Assembly: GCA_964016885.1 (NCBI GenBank) | Contig: OZ024741.1 | Location: 219,356,001 to 219,420,000 of the forward strand | Source of the DNA: Eledone cirrhosa | Lineage: Eukaryota | DNA length: 64,000 nt | Reading direction: 5' to 3' | Shown here: positions 52,201 through 64,000 of the stretch, piece by piece | Numbering within the stretch: the stretch's first letter is position 1 | How the letters are laid out: each line of letters opens with the position of its first letter | Program-made: the position numbers and the translations under genes | Notes under the pieces: generated by a model | Told to the model about the DNA's origin: nothing | The model's database searches: none | Seen by the model: the letters and a program-made list of their open reading frames with translations, nothing else

Positions 52201-55200
52201 ATATTTCTACCTCCCCCTCCATATGTGCTGGTGGTCACTGTATATAATGTTCTATATTTCTACCCCCCCCCCCCCCCCTCCATCTGTGGTGGTGGTCACT
52301 ATATATAATGTTCTATATTTCTACCTCCCCCTCCATATGTGGTGGTGGTCACTATATATAATGTTCTATATTTCTACCTCCCCCTCCATATGTGGTGGTG
52401 GTCACTATATATAATGTTCTATATTTCTACCTCCCCCTCCATCTCTGCTGGTCGTCACTATATATAATGTTCTATATTCCTACCTCCCCCTCCATCTGTG
52501 GTGGTGGTCACTATATATAATGTTCTATATTCCTACCTCCCCCTCCATCTGTGGTGGTGGTCACTATATATAATGTTCTACCTCCCCCTTCCATCTGTGC
52601 TGGTGGTCACTATATATAATGTTCTATATTTCTACCTCCCCCTCCATCTGTGCTGGTGGTCACTATATATAATGTTCTATATTCCTACCTCCCCCTCCAT
52701 CTGTGGTTGTGGTGATATATATAATGTTCTATATTCCTACCTCCCCCTCCATCTGTGGTCACTATATATAATGTTCTACCTCCCCCTTCCATCTGTGGTG
52801 GTGGTCACTATATATAATGTTCTACCTCCCCCCTCCATCTGTGGTGGTGGTCACTATATATAATGTTCTATATTCCTACCTCCCCCTCCATCTGTGGTGG
52901 TGGTCACTATATATAATGTTCTACCTCCCCCCTCCATGTGTGCTGGTGGTCACTATATATAATGTTCTACCTCCCCCCTTCATCTGTGTGGTGGTCACTA
53001 TATATAATGTTCTATATTTCTACCTCCCCCTCCATCTGTTCTGGTGGTCACTATATATAATGTTCTATATTTCTACCTCCCCTCCATCTGTGGTGGTGGT
53101 CACTATATATGATGTTCTATATTTCTACCTCCCCATCCATCTGTGGTGGTGGTCACTATATATAATGTTCTATATTTCTACCTCCCTCTCCATCTGTGGT
53201 GGTGGTCAATATATATAATGTTCTATATTTCTACCTCCCCCTCCATCTGTGGTGGTGGTCACTATATATAATGTTCTATATTTCTACCTCCCCCTCCATC
53301 TGTGGTGGTGGTCAATATATATAATGTTCTATATTTCTACCTCCCCCTCCATCTGTGGTGGTGGTCACTATATATAATGTTCTATATTTCTACCTCCCCC
53401 TCCATATGTGGTGTGTGGTCACTATATATAATGTTCTATATTTCTACCTCCCCCCTCCATCTGTGGTGGTGGTCCCTATATATAATGTTCTATATTTCTA
53501 CCTCCCCTCCTCCATCTGTGGTGGTGGTCCCTATATATAATGTTCTATATTTCTACCTCCCCTCCTCCATCTGTGGTGGTGGCTCCTATATATAATGTTC
53601 TATATTTCTACCTCCCCCTCCATATGTGGTGTGTGGTCACTATATATAATGTTCTATATTTCTACCTCCCCCCTCCATCTGTGGTGGTGGTCCCTATATA
53701 TAATGTTCTATATTTCTACCTCCCCTCCTCCATCTGTGGTGGTGGTCCCTATATATAATGTTCTATATTTCTACCTCCCCTCCTCCATCTGTGGTGGTGG
53801 TCCCTATATATAATGTTCTATATTTCTACCTCACCCTCCATCTGTGGTGGTGGTCACTATATATAATGTTCTATATTTCTACCTCCCCTCCATCTGTGGT
53901 GGTGGTCACTATATATGATGTTCTATATTTCTACCTCCCCATCCATCTGTGGTGGTGGTCACTATATATAATGTTCTATATTTCTACCTCCCCCTCCATC
54001 TGTGGTGGTGGTCAATATATATAATGTTCTATATTTCTACCTCCCCCTCCATCTGTGGTGGTGGTCACTATATATAATGTTCTATATTTCTACCTCCCCC
54101 TCCATCTGTGGTGGTGGTCAATATATATAATGTTCTATATTTCTACCTCCCCCTCCATCTGTGGTGGTGGTCACTATATATAATGTTCTATATTTCTACC
54201 TCCCTCTCCATCTGTGGTGGTGGTCACTATATATAATGTTCTATATTTCTACCTCCCCCTCCATCTGTGGTGGTGGTCACTATATATAATGTTCTATATT
54301 TCTACCTCCCCCCTCCATCTGTGGTGGTGGTCACTATATATAATGTTCTATATTTCTACCTCCCCCTCCATCTGTGGTGGTGGTCAATATATATAATGTT
54401 CTATATTTCTACCTCCCCCTCCATATGTGCTGGTGGTCACTGTATATAATGTTCTATATTTCTACCTCCCCGCTCCATCTGTTCTGGTGGTCACTATATA
54501 TAATGTTCTATATTTCTACCTCCCCTTCCATATGTGGTGGTGGTCACTATATATAATGTTCCATATTTCTACCTCCCCCCTCCATCTGTGGTGGTGGTCA
54601 CTATATATAATGTTCTATATTTCTACCTCCCCCTCCATATGTGGTGTGTGGTCACTATATATAATGTTCTATATTTCTACCTCCCCCCTACATCTGTGGT
54701 GGTGGTCACTATATATAATGTTCTATATTTCTACTTCCCCCTCCATCTGTGGTGGTGGTCACTATATATAATTTTCTATATTTCTACCTCCCCCCTCCAT
54801 CTGTGGTGGTGGTCCCTATATATAATGTTCTATATTTCTACCTCCCCTCCTCCATCTGTGGTGGTGGTCCCTATATATAATGTTCTATATTTCTACCTCA
54901 CCCTCCATCTGTGGTGGTGGTCACTATATATAATGTTCTATATTTCTACCTCCCCCTCCATATGTGCTGGTGATCACTATATATAATGTTCTATATTTCT
55001 ACCTCCCCCTCCATATGTGGTGGTGGTCACTATATATAATGTTCTATATTTCTACCTCCCCCTCCATATGTGCTGGTGGTCCCTATATATAATGTTCTAT
55101 ATTTCTACCTCCCCCTCCATATGTGGTGGTGGTCACTATATATAATGTTCTATATTTCTACCTCCCCTCCATCTGTGGTGGTGGTCACTATATATAATGT

Positions 55201-58200
55201 TCTATAGTTCTACCCCCCCCCCCCTCCATATGTGGTGGTGGTCACTATATATAATTTTCTATATTTCTACCTCCCCCCTCCATCTGTGGTGGTGGTCACT
55301 ATATATAATGCTCAGTATTTCTACCTCCCCCTCCATATGTGCTGGTGGTCACTATATATAATGTTCTATATTTCTACCTCCCCTCCTCCATCTGTGGTGG
55401 TGGCTCCTATATATAATGTTCTATATTTCTACCTCCCCCTCCATATGTGGTGTGTGGTCACTGTATATAATGTTCTATATTTCTACCTCCCCCCTCCATC
55501 TGTGGTGGTGGTCCCTATATATAATGTTCTATATTTCTACCTCCCCTCCTCCATCTGTGGTGGTGGTCCCTATATATAATGTTCTATATTTCTACCTCCC
55601 CTCCTCCATCTGTGGTGGTGGTCCCTATATATAATGTTCTATATTTCTACCTCACCCTCCATATGTGGTGGTGGTCACTATATATAATGTTCTATATTTC
55701 TACCTCCCCCCTCCATCTGTGGTGGTGGTCACTATATATAATGTTCTATATTTCTACCTCCCCCCTCCATCTGTGGTGGTGGTCACTATATATAATGTTC
55801 TATATTTCTACCTCCCCCTCCATATGTGGTGGTGGTCACTATATATAATGTTCCATATTTCTACCTCCCCCCTCCATCTGTGGTGGTGGTCACTATATAT
55901 AATGTTCTATATTTCTACCTCCCCCTCCATATGTGGTGTGTGGTCACTATATATAATGTTCTATATTTCTACCTCCCCCCTACATCTGTGGTGGTGGTCA
56001 CTATATATAATGTTCTATATTTCTACTTCCCCCTCCATCTGTGGTGGTGGTCACTATATATAATTTTCTATATTTCTACCTGCCCCCTCCATCTGTGGTG
56101 GTGGTCACTATATATAATGTTCTATATTTCTACCTCCCCCCTCCATCTGTGGTGGTGGTCACTATATATAATGTTCTATATTTCTACTTCCCCCTCCATC
56201 TGTGGTGGTGGTCACTATATATAATGTTCTATATTTCTACCTCCCCTCCTCCATCTGTGGTGGTGGTCACTATATATAATGTTCTATATTTCTACCTCCC
56301 CCTCCATCTGTGGTGGTGGTCACTATATATAATGTTCTATATTTCTACCTCCCCCCTCCATCTGTTCTGGTGGTCACTATGTATAATGTTCTATATTTCT
56401 ACCTCCCCCTCCATATGTGCTGGTGGTCACTGTATATAATGTTCTATATTTCTATCTCCCCCCTCCATCTGTTCTGGTGGTCACTATATATAATGTTCTA
56501 TATTTCTACCTCCCCTTCCATATGTGGTGGTGGTCACTATATATAATGTTCCATATTTCTACCTCCCCCCTCCATCTGTGGTGGTGGTCACTATATATAA
56601 TGTTCTATATTTCTACCTCCCCCTCCATATGTGGTGTGTGGTCACTATATATAATGTTCTATATTTCTACCTCCCCCCTACATCTGTGGTGGTGGTCACT
56701 ATATATAATGTTCTATATTTCTACTTCCCCCTCCATCTGTGGTGGTGGTCACTATATATAATTTTCTATATTTCTACCTCCCCCCTCCATCTGTGGTGGT
56801 GGTCCCTATATATAATGTTCTATATTTCTACCTCCCCTCCTCCATCTGTGGTGGTGGTCCCTATATATAATGTTCTATATTTCTACCTCACCCTCCATCT
56901 GTGGTGGTGGTCACTATATATAATGTTCTATATTTCTACCTCCCCCTCCATATGTGCTGGTGATCACTATATATAATGTTCTATATTTCTACCTCCCCCT
57001 CCATATGTGGTGGTGGTCACTATATATAATGTTCTATATTTCTACCTCCCCCTCCATATGTGCTGGTGGTCCCTATATATAATGTTCTATATTTCTACCT
57101 CCCCCTCCATATGTGGTGGTGGTCACTATATATAATGTTCTATATTTCTACCTCCCCTCCATCTGTGGTGGTGGTCACTATATATAATGTTCTATAGTTC
57201 TACCCCCCCCCCCCTCCATATGTGGTGGTGGTCACTATATATAATTTTCTATATTTCTACCTCCCCCCTCCATCTGTGGTGGTGGTCACTATATATAATG
57301 CTCAGTATTTCTACCTCCCCCTCCATATGTGCTGGTGGTCACTATATATAATGTTCTATATTTCTACCTCCCCTCCTCCATCTGTGGTGGTGGCTCCTAT
57401 ATATAATGTTCTATATTTCTACCTCCCCCTCCATATGTGGTGTGTGGTCACTATATATAATGTTCTATATTTCTACCTCCCCCTCCATCTGTGGTGGTGG
57501 TCCCTATATATAATGTTCTATATTTCTACCTCCCCTCCTCCATCTGTGGTGGTGGTCCCTATATATAATGTTCTATATTTCTACCTCCCCTCCTCCATCT
57601 GTGGTGGTGGTCCCTATATATAATGTTCTATATTTCTACCTCACCCTCCATATGTGGTGGTGGTCACTATATATAATGTTCTATATTTCTACCTCCCCCC
57701 TCCATCTGTGGTGGTGGTCACTATATATAATGTTCTATATTTCTACCTCCCCCCTCCATCTGTGGTGGTGGTCACTATATATAATGTTCTATATTTCTAC
57801 CTCCCCCTCCATATGTGGTGGTGGTCACTATATATAATGTTCCATATTTCTACCTCCCCCCTCCATCTGTGGTGGTGGTCACTATATATAATGTTCTATA
57901 TTTCTACCTCCCCCTCCATATGTGGTGTGTGGTCACTATATATAATGTTCTATATTTCTACCTCCCCCCTACATCTGTGGTGGTGGTCACTATATATAAT
58001 GTTCTATATTTCTACTTCCCCCTCCATCTGTGGTGGTGGTCACTATATATAATTTTCTATATTTCTACCTGCCCCCTCCATCTGTGGTGGTGGTCACTAT
58101 ATATAATGTTCTATATTTCTACCTCCCCCCTCCATCTGTGGTGGTGGTCACTATATATAATGTTCTATATTTCTACTTCCCCCTCCATCTGTGGTGGTGG

Positions 58201-61200
58201 TCACTATATATAATGTTCTATATTTCTACCTCCCCTCCTCCATCTGTGGTGGTGGTCACTATATATAATGTTCTATATTTCTACCTCCCCCTCCATCTGT
58301 GGTGGTGGTCACTATATATAATGTTCTATATTTCTACCTCCCCCCTCCATCTGTTCTGGTGGTCACTATGTATAATGTTCTATATTTCTACCTCCCCCCT
58401 CCATATGTGCTGGTGGTCACTGTATATAATGTTCTATATTTCTAACCCCCCCTCCATATGTGGTGGTGGTCACTATATATAATGTTCTATATTTCTACCT
58501 CCCCCTCCATCTGTGGGGGTGGTCACTATATATAATGTTCTATATTTCTACCTCCCCCTCCATATGTGGTGGTGGTCACTATATATAATGTTCTATATTT
58601 CTACCTCCCCCTCCATATGTGGTGGTGGTCACTATATATAATGTTCTATATTTCTACCTCCCCCTCCATCTGTGCTGGTGGTCACTATATATAATGTTCT
58701 ATATTCCTACCTCCCCCTCCATCTGTGGTGGTGGTCACTATATATAATGTTCTACCTCCCCCTTCCATCTGTGCTGGTGGTCACTATATATAATGTTCTA
58801 TATTCCTACCTCCCCCTCCATCTGTGGTGGTGGTCACTATATATAATGTTCTATATTCCTACCTCCCCCTCCATATGTGGTGGTGGTCACTATATATAAT
58901 GTTCTATATTTCTACCTCCCCCTCCATATGTGGTGGTGGTCACTATATATGATGTTCTATATTTCTACCTCCCCCTTCCATCTGTGGTGGTGGTCACTAT
59001 ATATAATGTTCTATATTTCTACCTCCCCCTTCCATCTGTGCTGGTGGTCACTATATATAATGTTCTATATTCCTACCTCCCCCTCCATCTGTGGTGGTGG
59101 TCACTATATATAATGTTCTATATTCCTACCTCCCCCTACATCTGTGCTTGATATCACTATATATAATGTTCTATATTCCTACCTCCCCCTCCATCTGTGG
59201 TGGTGGTCACTATATATAATGTTCTACCTCCCCCTCCATCTGTGCTGGTGGTCACTATATATAATGTTCTATATTCCTACCTCCCCCTCCATCTGTGGTG
59301 GTGGTCACTATATATAATGTTCTATATTTCTACCTCCCCCTCCATCTGTGGTGGTGGTCATTATATATAATGTTCTACCTGCCCCCTCCATCTGTGGTGG
59401 TGGTCACTATATATAATGTTCTATATTCCTACCTCCCCCTCCATCTGTGGTGGTGGTCACTATATATAATGTTCTACCTCCCCCCTCCATCTGTGCTGGT
59501 GGTCACTATATATAATGTTCTACCTCCCCCCTTCATCTGTGTGGTGGTCACTATATATAATCTTCTATATTTCTACCTCCCCCTCCATCTGTGGTGGTGG
59601 TCACTATATATAATGTTCTATATTTCCACCTCCCCCTCCATATGTGCTGGTGGTCACTGTATATAATGTTCTATATTTCTACCCCCCCCTCCATCTGTGG
59701 TGGTGGTCACTATATATAATGTTCTATATTTCTACCTCCCCTCCATATGTGGTGGTGGTCACTATATATAATGTTCTATATTTCTACCTCCCCCTCCATA
59801 TGTGGTGGTGGTCACTATATATAATGTTCTATATTTCTACCCCCCCCCCCTCCATCTGTGCTGGTGGTCACTATATATAATGTTCTATATTCCTACCTCC
59901 CCCTCCATCTGTGGTGGTGGTCACTATATATAATGTTCTATATTCCTACCTCCCCCTCCATCTGTGGTGGTGGTCACTATATATAATGTTCTACCTCCCC
60001 CTTCCATCTGTGCTGGTGGTCACTATATATAATGTTCTATATTCCTACCTCCCCCTCCATCTGCGGTGGTGGTCATTATATATAATGTTCTACCTCCCCC
60101 CTCCATCTGTGGTGGTGATCACTATATATAATGTTCTATATTCCTACCTCCCCCTCCATCTGTGGTGGTGGTCACTATATATAATGTTCTACCTCCCCCC
60201 TCCATCTGTGCTGGTGGTCACTATATATAATGTTCTACCTCCCCCCTTCATCTGTGTGGTGGTCACTATATATAATGTTCTATATTACTACCTCCCCTCC
60301 TCCATCTGTGGTGGTGGCCCCTATATATAATGTTCTATATTTCTACCTCCCCCTCCATATGTGGTGTGTGGTCACTATATATAATGTTCTATATTTCTAC
60401 CTCCCCCCTCCATCTGTGGTGGTGGTCACTATATATAATGTTCTATATTTCTACCTCCCCTCCTCCATCTGTGGTGGTGGTCCCTATATATAATGTTCTA
60501 TATTTCTACCTCACCCTCCATCTGTGGTGGTGGTCACTATATATAATGTTCTATATTTCTACCTCCCCCTCCATATGTGCTGGTGATCACTATATATAAT
60601 GTTCTATATTTCTACCTCCCCCTCCATATGTGGTGGTGGTCACTATATATAATGTTCTATATTTCTACCTCCCCCTCCATATGTGCTGGTGGTCCCTATA
60701 TATAATGTTCTATATTTCTACCTCCCCCTCCATATGTGGTGGTGGTCACTATATATAATGTTCTATATTTCTACCTCCCCCTCCATATGTGCTGGTGGTC
60801 ACTATATATAATGTTCTATATTTCTACCTCCCCCTCCATCTGTGCTGGTGGTCACTATATATAATGTTCTATATTCCTACCTCCCCCTCCATCTGTGGTT
60901 GTGGTGACTATATATAATGTTCTATATTCCTACCTCCCCCTCCATCTGTGGTCACTATATATAATGTTCTACCTCCCCCTTCCATCTGTGGTGGTGGTCA
61001 CTATATATAATGTTCTACCTCCCCCCTCCATCTGTGGTGGTGGTCACTATATATAATGTTCTACCTCCCCCCTCCCTCTGTGCTGGTGGTCACTATATAT
61101 AATGTTCTACCTCCCCCCTTCATCTGTGTGGTGGTCACTATATATAATGTTCTATATATCTACCTCCCCCTCCATCTGTTCTGGTGGTCACTATATATAA

Positions 61201-64000
61201 TGTTCTATATTTTACCTCCCCCTCCATCTGTGGTGGTGGTCACTATATATAATGTTCTATATTTCTACCTCCCCATCCATCTGTGGTGGTGGTCACTATA
61301 TATAATTTTCTATATTTCTACCTCCCGCTCCATCTGTGGTGGTGGTCACTATATATAATGCTCAGTATTTCTACCTCCCCCTCCATATGTGCTGGTGGTC
61401 ACTATATATAATGTTCTATATTTCTACCACCCCCCTCCATATGTGGTGGTGGTCACTATATATAATGTTCTATATTTCTACCTCCCCTCCTCCATCTGTG
61501 GTGGTGGTCCCTATATATAATGTTCTATATTTCTACCTCCCCCTCCATATGTGGTGGTGGTCACTATATATAATGTTCTATATTTCTACCTCCCCTTCCA
61601 TCTGTGGTGGTGGTCACTATATATAATGTTCTATATTCCTACCTCCCCCACCATCTGTGGTGGTGGTCACTATATATAATTTTCTACCTCCCCCTTCCAT
61701 CTGTGCTGGTGGTCACTATATATAATGTTCTACCTCCCCCCTCCATCTGTGCTGGTGGTCACTATATATAATGTTCTACCTACCCCCTTCATCTGTGTGG
61801 TGGTCACTATATATAATGTTCTATATTTGTACCTCCCCCTCTATCTGTGGTGGTGGTCACTATATATAATGTTCTATATTTCTACCTCCCCCCTCCATCT
61901 GTGGTGGTGGTCACTATATATAATGTTCTATATTTCTACCTCCCCCTCCATCTGTGGTGGTAGTCACTATATATAATGATCTATATTTCTACCTCCCCCT
62001 CCATCTGTGGTGGTGGTCACTATATATAATGTTCTATATTTCCACCTCCCCCTCCATCTGTGGTGGTGGTCACTATATATAATGTTCTATATTTCTACCT
62101 CCCCTCCATCTGTGGTGGTGGTCACTATATATAATGTTCTATATTTCTACCTCCCCCCTCCATCTGTGCTGGTGGTCACTATATATAATGTTCTATATTT
62201 CTACCTCCCCCTCCATCTGTGGTGGTGTTCACTATATATAATGTTCTATATTTCTACCTACCCCCTCCATCTGTGGTGGTGGTCACTATGTATAATGTTC
62301 TATATTTCTACCTCCCCCTCCATCTGTGGTGGTGGTCACTATATATGATGTTCTATATTTCTACCTCCCCCCTCCATCTGTGGTGGTGGTCACTATATAT
62401 AATGTTCTATATTTCTACCTCCCTCCCCCCATATGTGGTGGTGGTCACTATATATAATGTTCTATATTTCTACCTCCCCCTCCATCTGTGGTAGTGGTCA
62501 ATATATATAAGGTTCTATATTTCTACCCCCCCCCTCCATCTGTGGTGGTGGTCACTATATATAATGTTCTATATTTCTACCTCCCCCCCATATGTGGTGG
62601 TAGTCACTATATATAATGTTCTATATTTCTACCTCTCCCTCCATATGTGGTGGTGGTCACTATATATAATGTTCTATATTTCTACCTACCCCTCCATCTG
62701 TGATGGTGGTCACTATATATAATGTTCTATATTTCTGCCTCCCCCTCCATCTGTAGTAGTGGCCACTATATATAATGTTCTATATTTCTACCTCCCCCTC
62801 CATCTGTGGTGGTGGTCACTATATATAACGTTCTATATTTCTACCTCCCCCCTCCATCGGTGGTGGTGGTCACTATATATAATGTTCTATAGTTCTACCC
62901 CCCCCCCCTCCATATGTGGTGGTGGTCACTATATATAATTTTCTATATTTCTACCTCCCCGCTCCATCTGTGGTGGTGGTCACTATATATAATGCTCAGT
63001 ATTTCTACCTCCCCCTCCATATGTGCTGGTGGTCACTATATATAATGTTCTATATTTCTACCTCCCCTCCTCCATCTGTGGTGGTGGTCCCTATATATAA
63101 TGTTCTATATTTCTACCTCCCCCTCCATATGTGGTGGTGGTCACTATATATAATGTTCTATATTTCTACCTCCCCCTCCATCTGTGGTGGTGGTCACTAT
63201 ATATAATGTTCTATATTCCTACCTCCCTCTCCATCTGTGGTGGTGGTCACTATATATAATGTTCTACCTCCCCCTTCCATCTGTGCTGGTGGTCACTATA
63301 TATAATGTTCTACCTCCCCCCTCCATCTGTGGTGGTGGTCACTATATATAATGTTCTATATTCCTACCTCCCCCTCCATCTGTGGTGGTGGTCACTATAT
63401 ATAATGTTCTACCTCCCCCCTCCATCTGTGCTGGTGGTCACTATATATAATGTTCTACCTCCCCCCTTCATCTGTGTGGTGGTCACCATATATAATGTTC
63501 TATATTTCTACCTCCCCCTCCATCTGTTCTGGTGGTCACTATATTTAATGTTCTATATTTCTACCTCCCCTCCATCTGTGGTGGTGGTCACTATATATGA
63601 TGTTCTATATTTCTACCTCCCCATCCATCTGTGGTGGTGGTCACTATATATAATGTTCTATATTTCTACCTCCGCCTCCATCTGTGGTGGTGGTCAATAT
63701 ATATAATGTTCTATATTTCTACCTCCCCATCCATCTGTGGTGGTGGTCACTATATATAATGTTCTATATTTCTACCTCCCCCTCCATCTGTGGTGGTGGT
63801 CAATATATATAATGTTCTATATTTCTACCTCCCCCTCCATCTGTGGTGGTGGTCACTATATATAATGTTCTATATTTCTACCTCCCCCTCCATCTGTGGT
63901 GGTGGTCACTATATATAATGTTCTATATTTCTACCTCCCCCTCCATCTGTGGTGGTGGTCACTATATATAATGTTCTATATTTCTACCTCCCCCTCCATA
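25201..64000. repeat. 53-bp satellite array (at least 38.8 kb, roughly 730+ monomers, runs off the window end)
   Basis: Consensus GTGGTGGTGGTCACTATATATAATGTTCTATATTTCTACCTCCCCCTCCAT(C/A)T; recurrent variants (C-run length, deletion of about 8-9 bp, GCTGG, short GTGG). Confidence 0.98.

Noticed and set aside
25580-63440. E. coli Chi sequence GCTGGTGG in many monomers
   Set aside because: A single-base variant of GGTGGTGG in a eukaryotic satellite; no RecBCD context
25201-64000. CRISPR-like array or repetitive protein gene (many WWWSLYIMFY / VVVTIYNVLY ORFs)
   Set aside because: No unique spacers and no cas genes; the 53-bp period is not a multiple of 3; ORFs are frame-cycling artefacts

Overview
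Repeat-dense animal (metazoan) DNA, not prokaryotic. The SINE, RTE and MITE families look mollusc/octopus-like, but the taxon is an inference. Two spliceable exons on + (1908-2055, 6136-6230) join in frame into a CFAP99-like (cilia/flagella protein) segment. I found no further exon, so most of the window is probably intronic. Bases 1-25 kb are a mosaic of decayed RTE and CR1 LINEs, tRNA-derived SINEs sharing the RTE 3' tail, a DD37D (maT) mariner relic, MITEs, microsatellites and 24/48/~97-bp minisatellites. Bases 25.2-64 kb are one 53-bp satellite array with several kb-scale higher-order duplications. The main hidden structure is a cluster of sequence-unrelated type I hammerhead-ribozyme motifs: CTGAnGA...GAAA, predicted stems I-III, often followed by AATAAA. 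They lie in short Penelope-like terminal repeats embedded in (TA)n tracts, almost always as inverted pairs or perfect palindromes. All folds and homologies were read by eye; none was computed or database-searched. Almost all ORFs in the supplied track are repeat artefacts.
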